A stretch of 64,000 nt of DNA from Thermovirgaceae bacterium (GTDB taxonomy: Bacteria; Synergistota; Synergistia; Synergistales; Thermovirgaceae), in assembly GCA_040767805.1 (NCBI GenBank), contig JAXGNU010000004.1:96001-160000 (forward strand), in the 5' to 3' direction. Of the stretch, positions 19,596-28,083 are shown piece after piece (the first letter of the stretch is position 1; each line of letters opens with the position of its first letter). A program made the position numbers and the translations under genes. The notes beneath the pieces are model-generated. The model saw only the letters and a program-made list of their open reading frames with translations, ran no database searches and was not told where the DNA came from.

Positions 19596-20052
19596 GGCGA
19601 AACCGCCTTTCCAGGAGAGTGAGAAGGGGAATCCCCAGGCCGAAACAGGCGACGGCCTCCCCCAGGCCGACATGGGCCATGGCCGGGAAAACCGGGACCT
19701 CGAGGATAAAGGAAAGATACCCTCCGACTACGAGGGCGTTGACGGCGACGGGCGGGATGGCGGCGAGGATCCTGTTGGGCATCCTCGAGGTGAGTATCGC
19801 TGCCCCAAGCGTTGCCAGGCTTCCGAATACCACGTCGATTATACCGAAACCGCCGACGAAATTGGAGATGACGCATCCGACGAAAAGGCCTGGAACGGCC
19901 TCGGGCCACATCCACGGGAGCAGCGCCAAGGCCTCCGACACCCTGACCTGCGCCGGCCCGAAGGAGATGGGGGCGAAGAGCAGTGTCAAGGCGACGTAGA
20001 CCCCGCCAATGAGGGCGGCCCTGACCAGCCGGCCGGGTCCGTTGGCGCCCAT
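19582..20052 (-). CDS. queT: QueT-family (queuosine precursor) transporter S-component
   Basis: YVALT...PISFG..QVRVSEAL..LP, GC.ISN and D.VFGSLATL motifs. Confidence 0.85.
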   Translation of the reverse strand: MGANGPGRLVRAALIGGVYVALTLLFAPISFGPAQVRVSEALALLPWMWPEAVPGLFVGCVISNFVGGFGIIDVVFGSLATLGAAILTSRMPNRILAAIPPVAVNALVVGGYLSFILEVPVFPAMAHVGLGEAVACFGLGIPLLTLLERRFRRGGR

Positions 20053-20059
20053 GGAGAAC

Positions 20060-21688
20060 TCAGCCTCCTTGCGCCAGGGAGAGGACGGCCTCCCTTAAGA
20101 GCCTGGGGAAAACCTCCAGGGAGTAGGAGAGGCGGAGTCTCTCGGTCGGCTTGTGGGGGTCCTTCCCGGAGGGCCCCAAGTTCAGCACCGGGATATCGAG
20201 GGCCTTCAGTTCGCCCAGGGCCACCCTGTAGACGCTCCCCCACCCGGGAGTGTTCGACGCTATGCAGAGCATGTCCATGGCGCTCCCCTGGAAACCCAGG
20301 TAACAGAGGTCGCAGATGCCGGCGAAGTACTCCTTCAGGGAGAGGTCAACGCCGTACTCGAGGCGGGCCGTTTCGATGACGCGCCCGGCGGCCTTTCGGG
20401 CCCTCCTGTCGCCCTCGCTCCCGCCCTCGTTGAAGCGGTGGGGGTAATAGGGCGGGAGGAAGCCCACTATCACCACCGGTACGGCAGGGGGGTTCCACCG
20501 GAGCATTTCCGTCACCACCGCCAGTGAGCGCCGGCGGTCGTCCAGGGCGGGGTCCATGGCTTCGACCAGTTCCCTGATCCTGGCCTTCGTCCCGCCCCCC
20601 AGGGCCGCGTCGGTCTCGTGGGCGAACTCTTCGAAGGTCACCACCCGCGGGCGGGGGGTATCGAAGGCGGCCCCGAGCCTCGAGGCGCTCCTCTTCACCT
20701 GTTCGAAGGCGGCATCGGCGGCTTCTTGGGCGACCTTCTTCATCTCCCCCATGATCTCCGCTGGCGCCCTGGAGAGGGTCATGTAATTGAAGAAGGCCGC
20801 CGCCCTGTCGGGAGTGGTGACGGAATAATCGTCCCGGAGGTCCCTCAGGAAGAGGCACGCCGGCGGAGGCCCCGTCTCATCGCCGGACCTGTCGGCCCGT
20901 TGGGGGTCGCCCTCGAGGAGGATTGAAACTTGGGACGCCACGAGGGAAGCGCTCAGGCCATCGAAGTAACGCCCCACGTGGGTTCCCGCGCCGACGCAGT
21001 AAAAGAAGGGCATCACCTTGCCGACGGAGCCCAGGAAGACCGCCTCCCCTTCCAGGTCGGGCGCCCCGGCCGATCCCGGTTCGGCCAGGATGGCCCCCAG
21101 GTATTCGAGACCCCTCTCGTCCCTGATACCCGCCAGGGCGGGTACGGCGGCCCGCATGCCGGCGGACCCGACCTCCTCGTCGGGGACGGCCAGGAAAAGC
21201 AGGTTGACGCCGAGGCCGGAAGGATCGGCCGCCGCTTCTGCGAGTAGCGCCATCTCGGCCGCCAGTCCGCACTTCATGTCCATCACGCCGCGGCCGAAGA
21301 GAAAGTCACCGGAGGCCAGGTCCTCACCGGCCTCGCCTTCAAGACCCCGCTCCCCCAGGGCGGCGGTATACTCCACGGGGGAGAAGGCCAGGCCTTCCAG
21401 GGGACCGAACTCCCCTGTCCCGACCACGTCGAAATGCCCCGTGAGGACCACCGTCCCCTTTACGGCCGGTTCGGCCTGGACAATTGCCATGACCGCCCCC
21501 CTGCCGAAGGGGTCCCCGGGGATGGGGATAAACCTGAGATCATCGGGGTGGTCGCGGAAATAACCCAACTCCCCGAGCCGGTCGTGGATGAACTTACCGG
21601 CCTCGGCCTCACCGGGGGATCCGGTGACGCTGGGTATCCGGGCCAGCTCCAGGAGGAGTTCAAGTATGCCCTGCTTCGTATTCTCCAT
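20060..21688 (-). CDS. M20/M25/M40 metallo-hydrolase, RocB-like
   Basis: GHFDVV, GRG.MDMK.G, PDEE..S.GM, GSVGK.MP, PPYYP and GKD.H..TER. Confidence 0.88.
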   Translation of the reverse strand: MENTKQGILELLLELARIPSVTGSPGEAEAGKFIHDRLGELGYFRDHPDDLRFIPIPGDPFGRGAVMAIVQAEPAVKGTVVLTGHFDVVGTGEFGPLEGLAFSPVEYTAALGERGLEGEAGEDLASGDFLFGRGVMDMKCGLAAEMALLAEAAADPSGLGVNLLFLAVPDEEVGSAGMRAAVPALAGIRDERGLEYLGAILAEPGSAGAPDLEGEAVFLGSVGKVMPFFYCVGAGTHVGRYFDGLSASLVASQVSILLEGDPQRADRSGDETGPPPACLFLRDLRDDYSVTTPDRAAAFFNYMTLSRAPAEIMGEMKKVAQEAADAAFEQVKRSASRLGAAFDTPRPRVVTFEEFAHETDAALGGGTKARIRELVEAMDPALDDRRRSLAVVTEMLRWNPPAVPVVIVGFLPPYYPHRFNEGGSEGDRRARKAAGRVIETARLEYGVDLSLKEYFAGICDLCYLGFQGSAMDMLCIASNTPGWGSVYRVALGELKALDIPVLNLGPSGKDPHKPTERLRLSYSLEVFPRLLREAVLSLAQGG

Positions 21689-21821
21689 GGTCGGTCCTCT
21701 CTTTTGAAGGTGCGAAAGGGTGGCCCAATCATACCACCCCCCGGATGGGCTCGATCATGTATGCAGTGATACAATTGGTGTCGCCGACAAAAACACCACG
21801 AGGGGAGCCCCGGACGAGGTC

Positions 21822-22997
21822 ATGAAGCTGAAACGCCCCGCCGTCAACAGCAAGCTGGTCATCCTGACGCTGACCCATTTTCTCAACGACCTCCACGGGA
21901 CCTTCCTGGCCACCTTCGTCCCGGTGATCGTCGGTCGGCTCGGGATCTCCTACGCCCAGGCGGGGCTGCTGAATTCCCTCTCGGGGATGATCCACATAGT
22001 GGTCCAGCCCATGGCCGGCTACATCTCAGACACCTTCTCCCGCCCCTACGCGATAATTGTGGGCCCCCTGCTGACCGCCCTCGGGGCCTCCATGCTCCCC
22101 CTTGGCCCCTCCTACGGCGTCACCCTTATACTGGTCGGCCTCTGGTCCTTCGGCAGCTCCGTCTACCACCCCCTGGGGCATGGGAGCGTGGGCTACGTGG
22201 GGGACCCGGGAAAACTGGCCTTCTTCCTCGCCCTGTTCTCCGTGGCCGGGATACTGGGGTCGACCCTCAGCCCGATCTACGCCGTTCTCCTGGTCAAGGC
22301 CTTCGGCATGGGGCCGCTGATGGTGGCGGCTACGCTGGTGCCCGTCTCCGTCGGGGCCTGGCTCGTGATCCGCTACATCCCGACCCTGAAGGCGGAGGGT
22401 TCTGAAGCGTACCCTTCCCCCAGGGGTTTTTACCGCTCCTTCAGCAGGACCTTCGGCATCATTTTCCCCGTGTGGCTGGTTTGCGTATGCCGGGAAACGG
22501 CCTACGAGGGCATACGCTTCTTCCTACCCCTGTTCATCGCCTCCCGGGGGGGGACCATCGTGAACATCGGCGCGATACTCTTCCTGATAAACACCGTGGG
22601 CACGGTCTCGCCCATGGTCGGCGGCAGGATAGCCGACCGGTTCGGCCGGAGAATGGTCACGATGGCCGCCATGGCCGCGGCGCCCCTCTTCCTGGTCCCG
22701 GCGGCCCTGACCGGCGGGGTCCTGTCGATCTCCCTCTACATGGTGGGCAACGCCCTCCTCCAGGGCCTCCTGCCCGTCACCGGGGCCGCCGCCCAGGAGA
22801 TGGCCCCCGAGGCCAGGAGCACCGCCGCCTCGATGGTCATGGGGCTCCCCTTCGGGCTGGCGAGCCTCCTCATCGCGCCCATCGGGGCCCTGGCGGACCG
22901 CACGAACCTCACCGTGATACTCATCCTGCTCGGGCTGCTTCCCCTCCTCCCGATGCCGGTCTTCTGGAAGGGATGGAAGAAAGAAGAAGGCAGATAA
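21822..22997 (+). CDS. MFS transporter (Fsr-like)
   Basis: HFLND, VQP..GY.SD, S.YHP and GG..ADRFGRR. Confidence 0.9.
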   Translation: MKLKRPAVNSKLVILTLTHFLNDLHGTFLATFVPVIVGRLGISYAQAGLLNSLSGMIHIVVQPMAGYISDTFSRPYAIIVGPLLTALGASMLPLGPSYGVTLILVGLWSFGSSVYHPLGHGSVGYVGDPGKLAFFLALFSVAGILGSTLSPIYAVLLVKAFGMGPLMVAATLVPVSVGAWLVIRYIPTLKAEGSEAYPSPRGFYRSFSRTFGIIFPVWLVCVCRETAYEGIRFFLPLFIASRGGTIVNIGAILFLINTVGTVSPMVGGRIADRFGRRMVTMAAMAAAPLFLVPAALTGGVLSISLYMVGNALLQGLLPVTGAAAQEMAPEARSTAASMVMGLPFGLASLLIAPIGALADRTNLTVILILLGLLPLLPMPVFWKGWKKEEGR

Positions 22998-23000
22998 AGC

Positions 23001-23192
23001 GGGAATCGCAAGGGCCGTAAATCGTAAGGGCCGTGAGTCGCAAGGGCCGTGAATCGGGAATCGTGGAGCCAAGGCAAAGGCAAAAGCGAAAAGCGTAAAC
23101 GGTGAACGGGAAACGGGAGAAACGCGAGTCGCAAGAGCAAAACAATTGACCTTTCGATTTACGATTCACGATTTACGATTCACGATTCACGA
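23001..23192. repeat. Intergenic repeat cluster related to 11479-11802
   Basis: Three tandem 16-mers YAAGGGCCGTRARTCG at 23009-23056, and five CGATTYA heptamers in the opposite orientation at 23155-23189. Confidence 0.88.
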
Positions 23193-23270
23193 CTTTCAAT
23201 CCCCGATATCAATTTATCAGGATAGTATGTTATACTACCTCCCGTAATAATAAAGGGGAGGTCGGGGAAA

Positions 23271-23588
23271 GTGCTGAAGCTCGAAGTCGAACACTACATC
23301 CAACTTGGGGAGAAGATGAGGGAACGGGCCGCCGAGCTGTGCAGGATGTACATGAAGGTCCACTACGACTGCGACGACTGCTCGGTCCTGGTGACCAACA
23401 TGGAGACCGGGCAGAGCGGGCGGTTCCGGATCATGTTCAACGAATCGGACACGGAAGAAATGCTCTATCTCCCTCCCGAATACTTCTGGCTCACCGACGA
23501 CGAGGTCGCCGTCAGGATGAAGATCGACAGGGACATACGCGAGGGCCAGCTGGAGGAGCGCAGGAAGTCACGCCCCTCGGCGGGCTAG
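23271..23588 (+). CDS. Hypothetical protein
   Basis: GGGGAGG RBS, GC3-rich codon use, upstream TATACT-like -10. Confidence 0.7.
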   Translation: MLKLEVEHYIQLGEKMRERAAELCRMYMKVHYDCDDCSVLVTNMETGQSGRFRIMFNESDTEEMLYLPPEYFWLTDDEVAVRMKIDRDIREGQLEERRKSRPSAG

Positions 23589-23621
23589 GAGGCGGCTAAG
23601 CCTACCGCCCCGGTGGGAGGC

Positions 23622-24788
23622 CTAGGGTAAACCTTTTTTCCCCTGGGGTCTCCAGAGAAAGAAGTAGACCGCCGGGGCCGCGAAGAAAAGGATGGCCGGC
23701 AGGACCCTGAAGGCGCCGGCCACACCCAGCAGCGCCGAGGTGTAACCCACCACTACCGGTGTCAGGAAGAAACACCCGTCCAGGATGAACCATACCACGG
23801 CGGTGGCCTTGGGGTGCAGCCCCGGGGGCGCCGCCTCCCCTATCATCGCCAGGGACAAGGGGAAACCCACACCCACCCCTATGCCGTAAAGGAGGCCCCA
23901 GAAGGCGAAAGCATGGGGGGAAGACGAAAAGGACGTCCCGAAGAGCGAAAAGGCATTCCAGGCCGCCATGAGAGTGTAAACGATATCCTTGGGGAAGGCG
24001 TCCATGAGCCTGAACCCCGCCAGCCTCGTCAGGATCGCCCCCGCCGCGAAGGTCACCATGAAGTAGGACGACAGGAGGCCCTTGCTCAAGGCGAGGACCG
24101 GTATGGATATCACCGCCGCGTCGGTCATCCCATAGATGAACACCGCCAGGAACATCACCCTGGCCCTGGCGAGGCGGAAAAGCTGCGAATAGGTCCCCCA
24201 CTCCGCCCCTCTTCGAGCCGCGCCCTCGTCGCGGTCCACGCCGGCGAAGGTCATCCCCACCAGGGCGCAAGCCAGGGCCACCAGCGGCCCGAACCACGGG
24301 TAGACGCCGTAGCCGCCATGCTGGAGCAGCCAGTCCAGCAAGGGCACGACGCAGAGGAAGGGCGCCATGGCGCCAATGGTGATCAGGGCGAAGGCCCCGC
24401 CCCTCACCTCGCGGGGGATGGCGATCGTCTGGTAGGTGGTGAGCGAAACCAGGAAGAGGCCGAAGCCGAAGCCCATGAGCACCCTGGAGAGGATCAGGAA
24501 GGGCAGGGTGACCCCCGAAAGGGCCAGCCCGATGCTCCCGACGGCGCCGCACAGGGCGGCCCCGGTCAGGGTGGCCCTGAAGGTGAAGCGCTCCACCAGG
24601 AAGGCCATGAAGGGGCGGGGGAGGGTCGATGCCGCGTAGAAGGCGCCCAGGACCCAGCCTACCGTCGCCTGGGACTTCAGCCCCAGATGATCAAGGTACA
24701 GGGGGAGGAAAAAATAGGCGTAGCTGAAACTCATGATGGCGAAACTGCCTCCGGCCATCCGGGGGAGCAGTTTTTTCACCCTATGCAT
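23622..24788 (-). CDS. MFS transporter
   Basis: 12 hydrophobic segments; R.LMG.GFG and P...RG.A motifs. Confidence 0.88.
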   Translation of the reverse strand: MHRVKKLLPRMAGGSFAIMSFSYAYFFLPLYLDHLGLKSQATVGWVLGAFYAASTLPRPFMAFLVERFTFRATLTGAALCGAVGSIGLALSGVTLPFLILSRVLMGFGFGLFLVSLTTYQTIAIPREVRGGAFALITIGAMAPFLCVVPLLDWLLQHGGYGVYPWFGPLVALACALVGMTFAGVDRDEGAARRGAEWGTYSQLFRLARARVMFLAVFIYGMTDAAVISIPVLALSKGLLSSYFMVTFAAGAILTRLAGFRLMDAFPKDIVYTLMAAWNAFSLFGTSFSSSPHAFAFWGLLYGIGVGVGFPLSLAMIGEAAPPGLHPKATAVVWFILDGCFFLTPVVVGYTSALLGVAGAFRVLPAILFFAAPAVYFFLWRPQGKKGLP

Positions 24789-25710
24789 CGGGGTCGCCCC
24801 CCGACATGACGGCTTCCGGCCCGGGGAGGTGGAAGGTCTTCCTGATGAAGGTGTCCAGTTCTGCCAGGGCTACGCCGACGAGGATGACGGCGCCCCCCAG
24901 GGCTATCTGGAAGTTCAGCACTTCCTGGCCGATCAGCACGGCGATGACGTAACCGAAGGGACCCTCCAGGGAGAGCAGGATAGCCGCGTGGACCTCGGGG
25001 CTGAATCTCTGGGCCACGGTCTGCACGAGGAAGGGGATCACCGTCACGAGGACCACGACGTAAAGAAGCCCCAGCAAAGCCCTGGGGTCGATGGTGGCGA
25101 CGCGAGGGGGCGGCTCGAAGGCCAGGGCGGCGGCGAGGAAGAAAAAACCGGCCGAGGCCAGCTGGACCACCGTCAAGGCCGCGGGGTCCATCCTCCGGCT
25201 GAGGTTCCCCACGCCGAGGACATGGAGGGCTATGCCCAAGGCCAGGAGGAGGGAGAGGAAGTCGCCGAAGTTGAAGGTCATCCCGGGGGTGAAGGCCATG
25301 ACCAGCAGCCCCGCCGTCGTTATGAAGGCCCCGGCCGTGGCGACCCAGGAGGGCCACCTCCTGTAGAACAGGGCGAATAGGAAGGGCACCATGACCACGT
25401 TGGAAGCGGATATGAAGGACTGCTTCCCGGGGGTGGAAAAGACCAGCCCCCAGATGTGGGCCGCGAAGGAGAGGAACAGGAGAAAGCCCAGGGCCAGGCC
25501 CAGGAATACATCCTTCCTGCCCAGGTACTTCAGCCGGCCTTTGAAAATCAAGAAAAGGACCAGTGCGCTCATGGTGAACCTCACGGCCATGAGCCACATC
25601 GGTGAGAAGAAACCCAGGAGCCAGCTGGTCACACCGAAGCCGGACCCCCAGAACACGGCGATGATGAACATGGAGGCGTCGGCCAGGAAGACCCTTTTTC
25701 TCTCGTCCAA
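24781..25710 (-). CDS. DMT/EamA family transporter
   Basis: WGSGF, RF, GD.L.L and A.ILLSLE.PF; 10 TM. Confidence 0.9.
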   Translation of the reverse strand: MDERKRVFLADASMFIIAVFWGSGFGVTSWLLGFFSPMWLMAVRFTMSALVLFLIFKGRLKYLGRKDVFLGLALGFLLFLSFAAHIWGLVFSTPGKQSFISASNVVMVPFLFALFYRRWPSWVATAGAFITTAGLLVMAFTPGMTFNFGDFLSLLLALGIALHVLGVGNLSRRMDPAALTVVQLASAGFFFLAAALAFEPPPRVATIDPRALLGLLYVVVLVTVIPFLVQTVAQRFSPEVHAAILLSLEGPFGYVIAVLIGQEVLNFQIALGGAVILVGVALAELDTFIRKTFHLPGPEAVMSGGDPDA

Positions 25711-25836
25711 AAAAGCGCACCTACCCCTCGGCGGCGTCGTAATTACAGCATACCACCTGCCATGCGGTTGTGTACAAAGAAGGATATGGTATCATTTTCG
25801 GGCACGGCCATCTCCATGAAGGGTGGGGGTCCCCCG

Positions 25837-26619
25837 ATGGGTAAGCTGAGAACCATGCCGGCATTGTTTTTCGCCCTGCTCCTCTTCGCCTGCCCGGCCT
25901 TCGCGGCCCAAACCTACCAGTACAGGGGCGAGGTCAAGGGCTTCACCAGGGGTGCCTTTCTCTTCAAGGCCTTCGCGGAGGGCCTGAAACCCGAGTCGAT
26001 GGAGATGATACTGGACGAAGAGCCCGACGAGACCGGGAGGGTCCGGCGGCTCTTCCTGGACCTTTTCGGTTGTGAACTGGGCGGAGTGAGGATCGAACGG
26101 CTCGAGATCGAGGCCCTCGACACGCAGTTCACCGATCCCAGCGGCTGGGCGTCACCGGGGCCGGATGTGGTGGAAATGCTCTCGGTCAACGCCCGGGCGA
26201 CCATACTGGAGGGAGACGTCAACAGGGCCATCTCCGATGCGGCCTTCGGCGACGACGGCGGCAACTGGCATGACCTCTCCCTGGACTTCCGCGACGGCGA
26301 AGTCTATGCCAGGGGGTACTACACGGTCCGGTTCCTCTTCACGCTGGACATCCTCATCGAACTGGAGGGCCGCTTCGGCATCGTGGGGGGCAAGCAGGTC
26401 TGGCTCGGAGACTACACGATGAAGGTCAACCGGGTGGACCTCCCCGAGGGCCTCGCCGACAGGGCCGTGAGCCAGATACAACCCGTCATCGACCTCAACG
26501 GGTTCATCTTCCCCCTGACCCTGAAGACCGTCGCCCTGACCAACGACAGGGTCGTTCTCGAGAGCAAGGCGCTCCCGCGAAGGTTCAACGGGACCCGTTA
26601 CCTTTACTGCTCGAAGTGA
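25837..26619 (+). CDS. Secreted hypothetical protein (DUF2993/LmeA-like C-terminal region)
   Basis: Signal peptide ending AFA; I.EGDVN..I and QPVIDL..F.FPL pattern. Confidence 0.6.
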   Translation: MGKLRTMPALFFALLLFACPAFAAQTYQYRGEVKGFTRGAFLFKAFAEGLKPESMEMILDEEPDETGRVRRLFLDLFGCELGGVRIERLEIEALDTQFTDPSGWASPGPDVVEMLSVNARATILEGDVNRAISDAAFGDDGGNWHDLSLDFRDGEVYARGYYTVRFLFTLDILIELEGRFGIVGGKQVWLGDYTMKVNRVDLPEGLADRAVSQIQPVIDLNGFIFPLTLKTVALTNDRVVLESKALPRRFNGTRYLYCSK

Positions 26620-26623
26620 CGTT

Positions 26624-27934
26624 TCACTCCTCCCCTGCCCGGGGGAGGGTGATATTCCTGCAATGGGTCTCCGGCACCTTAAGGACGAGACACAGCCCCG
26701 CGACCGCCCCGGCGAGGCAGAGCGCCAGGGCCCCCCTGTACTGGGTAACCGGGGGATACCCTTGCAGGATGTCGATCATGAACCCCATGGCCGGCGGGTA
26801 AAGGGCCGCGCCCAGGAAGGTCCCCGTGTTGAGCACCGAAACGGCGACCCCCGTGTACCGGGGGCTGTTGATCTCCTTCGCGACGGCGAGGCAGACCAGG
26901 AACGCCATGGAGGCGACGCCCATCACGAAAAGGGCCGGCTTGAGGACCGCCATCGGGGGCCTGCCGGAACCCCAGAAGAGGATAACCCCCCAAGCGGCCA
27001 CGTTGACCGCCGCCGTAAGGGCCAGGGGCCACCGCCTCGCCCCGGCCATATCGGTCAATCTCCCTATTAGGACAGCACCTATCATGGCTCCCAGGACCAC
27101 CAGGGACACGACACCCGAGGCTTCGGCCCGGGTGAGCCCGTAGACGCTGGTCAGCCATGGGACCCCCCAGGCGCCGGTGAAGGCCAGCTGCCCGCCGCTG
27201 TAAAGGCCTGAAATGGCCATGGCGGGCCAGATACCCCTTGACCGGAGCGCCCCTCCCACCGCGTGGAGCAGTTCCCGGCCGCCGATCTTCGGCCCCGCCT
27301 CGGTGGGGTTGACCGGGGCGAACCCCATATCAGTGGGGCGGTCCCTTATAAGAAGAAGGGAGGCGGCACCCAGGAGGAAGGAAAATCCCCCTATCGCAAC
27401 GAAGGTCATCCTCCAGGAAAAACAAGCCACCATCATGGCAAGGGGCGCCTGGGCGACGAGCCCGCCGGAATTGCCGACGAAGGCCGTGACGCCTGACATG
27501 GTGGCGAACTCCCTATCGCTGTACCACTCGGAAAGCATTTTAAGGATGCAGACGAATACGGCGGAGGCACCCACGCCGACGACGAACCTCCCCAGGTAGA
27601 CCAGTGCCGGGGACGGCGCCAGGCCGAAGGCCAGGGACCCCGCCCCCGAAAGGAAGACACCCGCCGTGACGGTTTTCCTGGCCCCCAGCGAGTCGGCCAG
27701 CATGCCCACCGGGATCTGCATGGCCGTGTAGGCGTAAAAATACATGGAAGCGAGGTGACCGAAGGCCGCGCCGGTCATCCCAAAGGCGGCGACCAGGTCG
27801 TCGCGGACCACCCCGGGGGCCAGCCTGTGGAAGAAAACTATCATGTAGACCAGGGCCATGACGCTCCAGACGACGAGGCGGTACCGGCCGACGTCGGCCT
27901 TGAGCCAGCGGGTGATCTTGGCGACGGGTGCCAT
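26624..27934 (-). CDS. MFS transporter (ACS/OPA-like)
   Basis: FFHR.A.GV, YFY.Y..MQIP.G.LAD.LG.R and GR..VG.G. Confidence 0.9.
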   Translation of the reverse strand: MAPVAKITRWLKADVGRYRLVVWSVMALVYMIVFFHRLAPGVVRDDLVAAFGMTGAAFGHLASMYFYAYTAMQIPVGMLADSLGARKTVTAGVFLSGAGSLAFGLAPSPALVYLGRFVVGVGASAVFVCILKMLSEWYSDREFATMSGVTAFVGNSGGLVAQAPLAMMVACFSWRMTFVAIGGFSFLLGAASLLLIRDRPTDMGFAPVNPTEAGPKIGGRELLHAVGGALRSRGIWPAMAISGLYSGGQLAFTGAWGVPWLTSVYGLTRAEASGVVSLVVLGAMIGAVLIGRLTDMAGARRWPLALTAAVNVAAWGVILFWGSGRPPMAVLKPALFVMGVASMAFLVCLAVAKEINSPRYTGVAVSVLNTGTFLGAALYPPAMGFMIDILQGYPPVTQYRGALALCLAGAVAGLCLVLKVPETHCRNITLPRAGEE

Positions 27935-28083
27935 CGGGGGAGCTCCTTCCGACGGTATGTTGTGATCCCAAAGGGTGACCTTGACCGGTCATAAGCATAC
28001 TATATTTCTCGCAGAGCGGGGTCAGGTCTACACTTTTGACTAAAACCAGGCTTTGCCCCGCTCCCTGGGGCTGTCCGGCCACA

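Noticed and set aside
21690..21820. preQ1 riboswitch for queT
   Set aside because: No preQ1-like hairpin with A-rich tail upstream of queT or of the operon.
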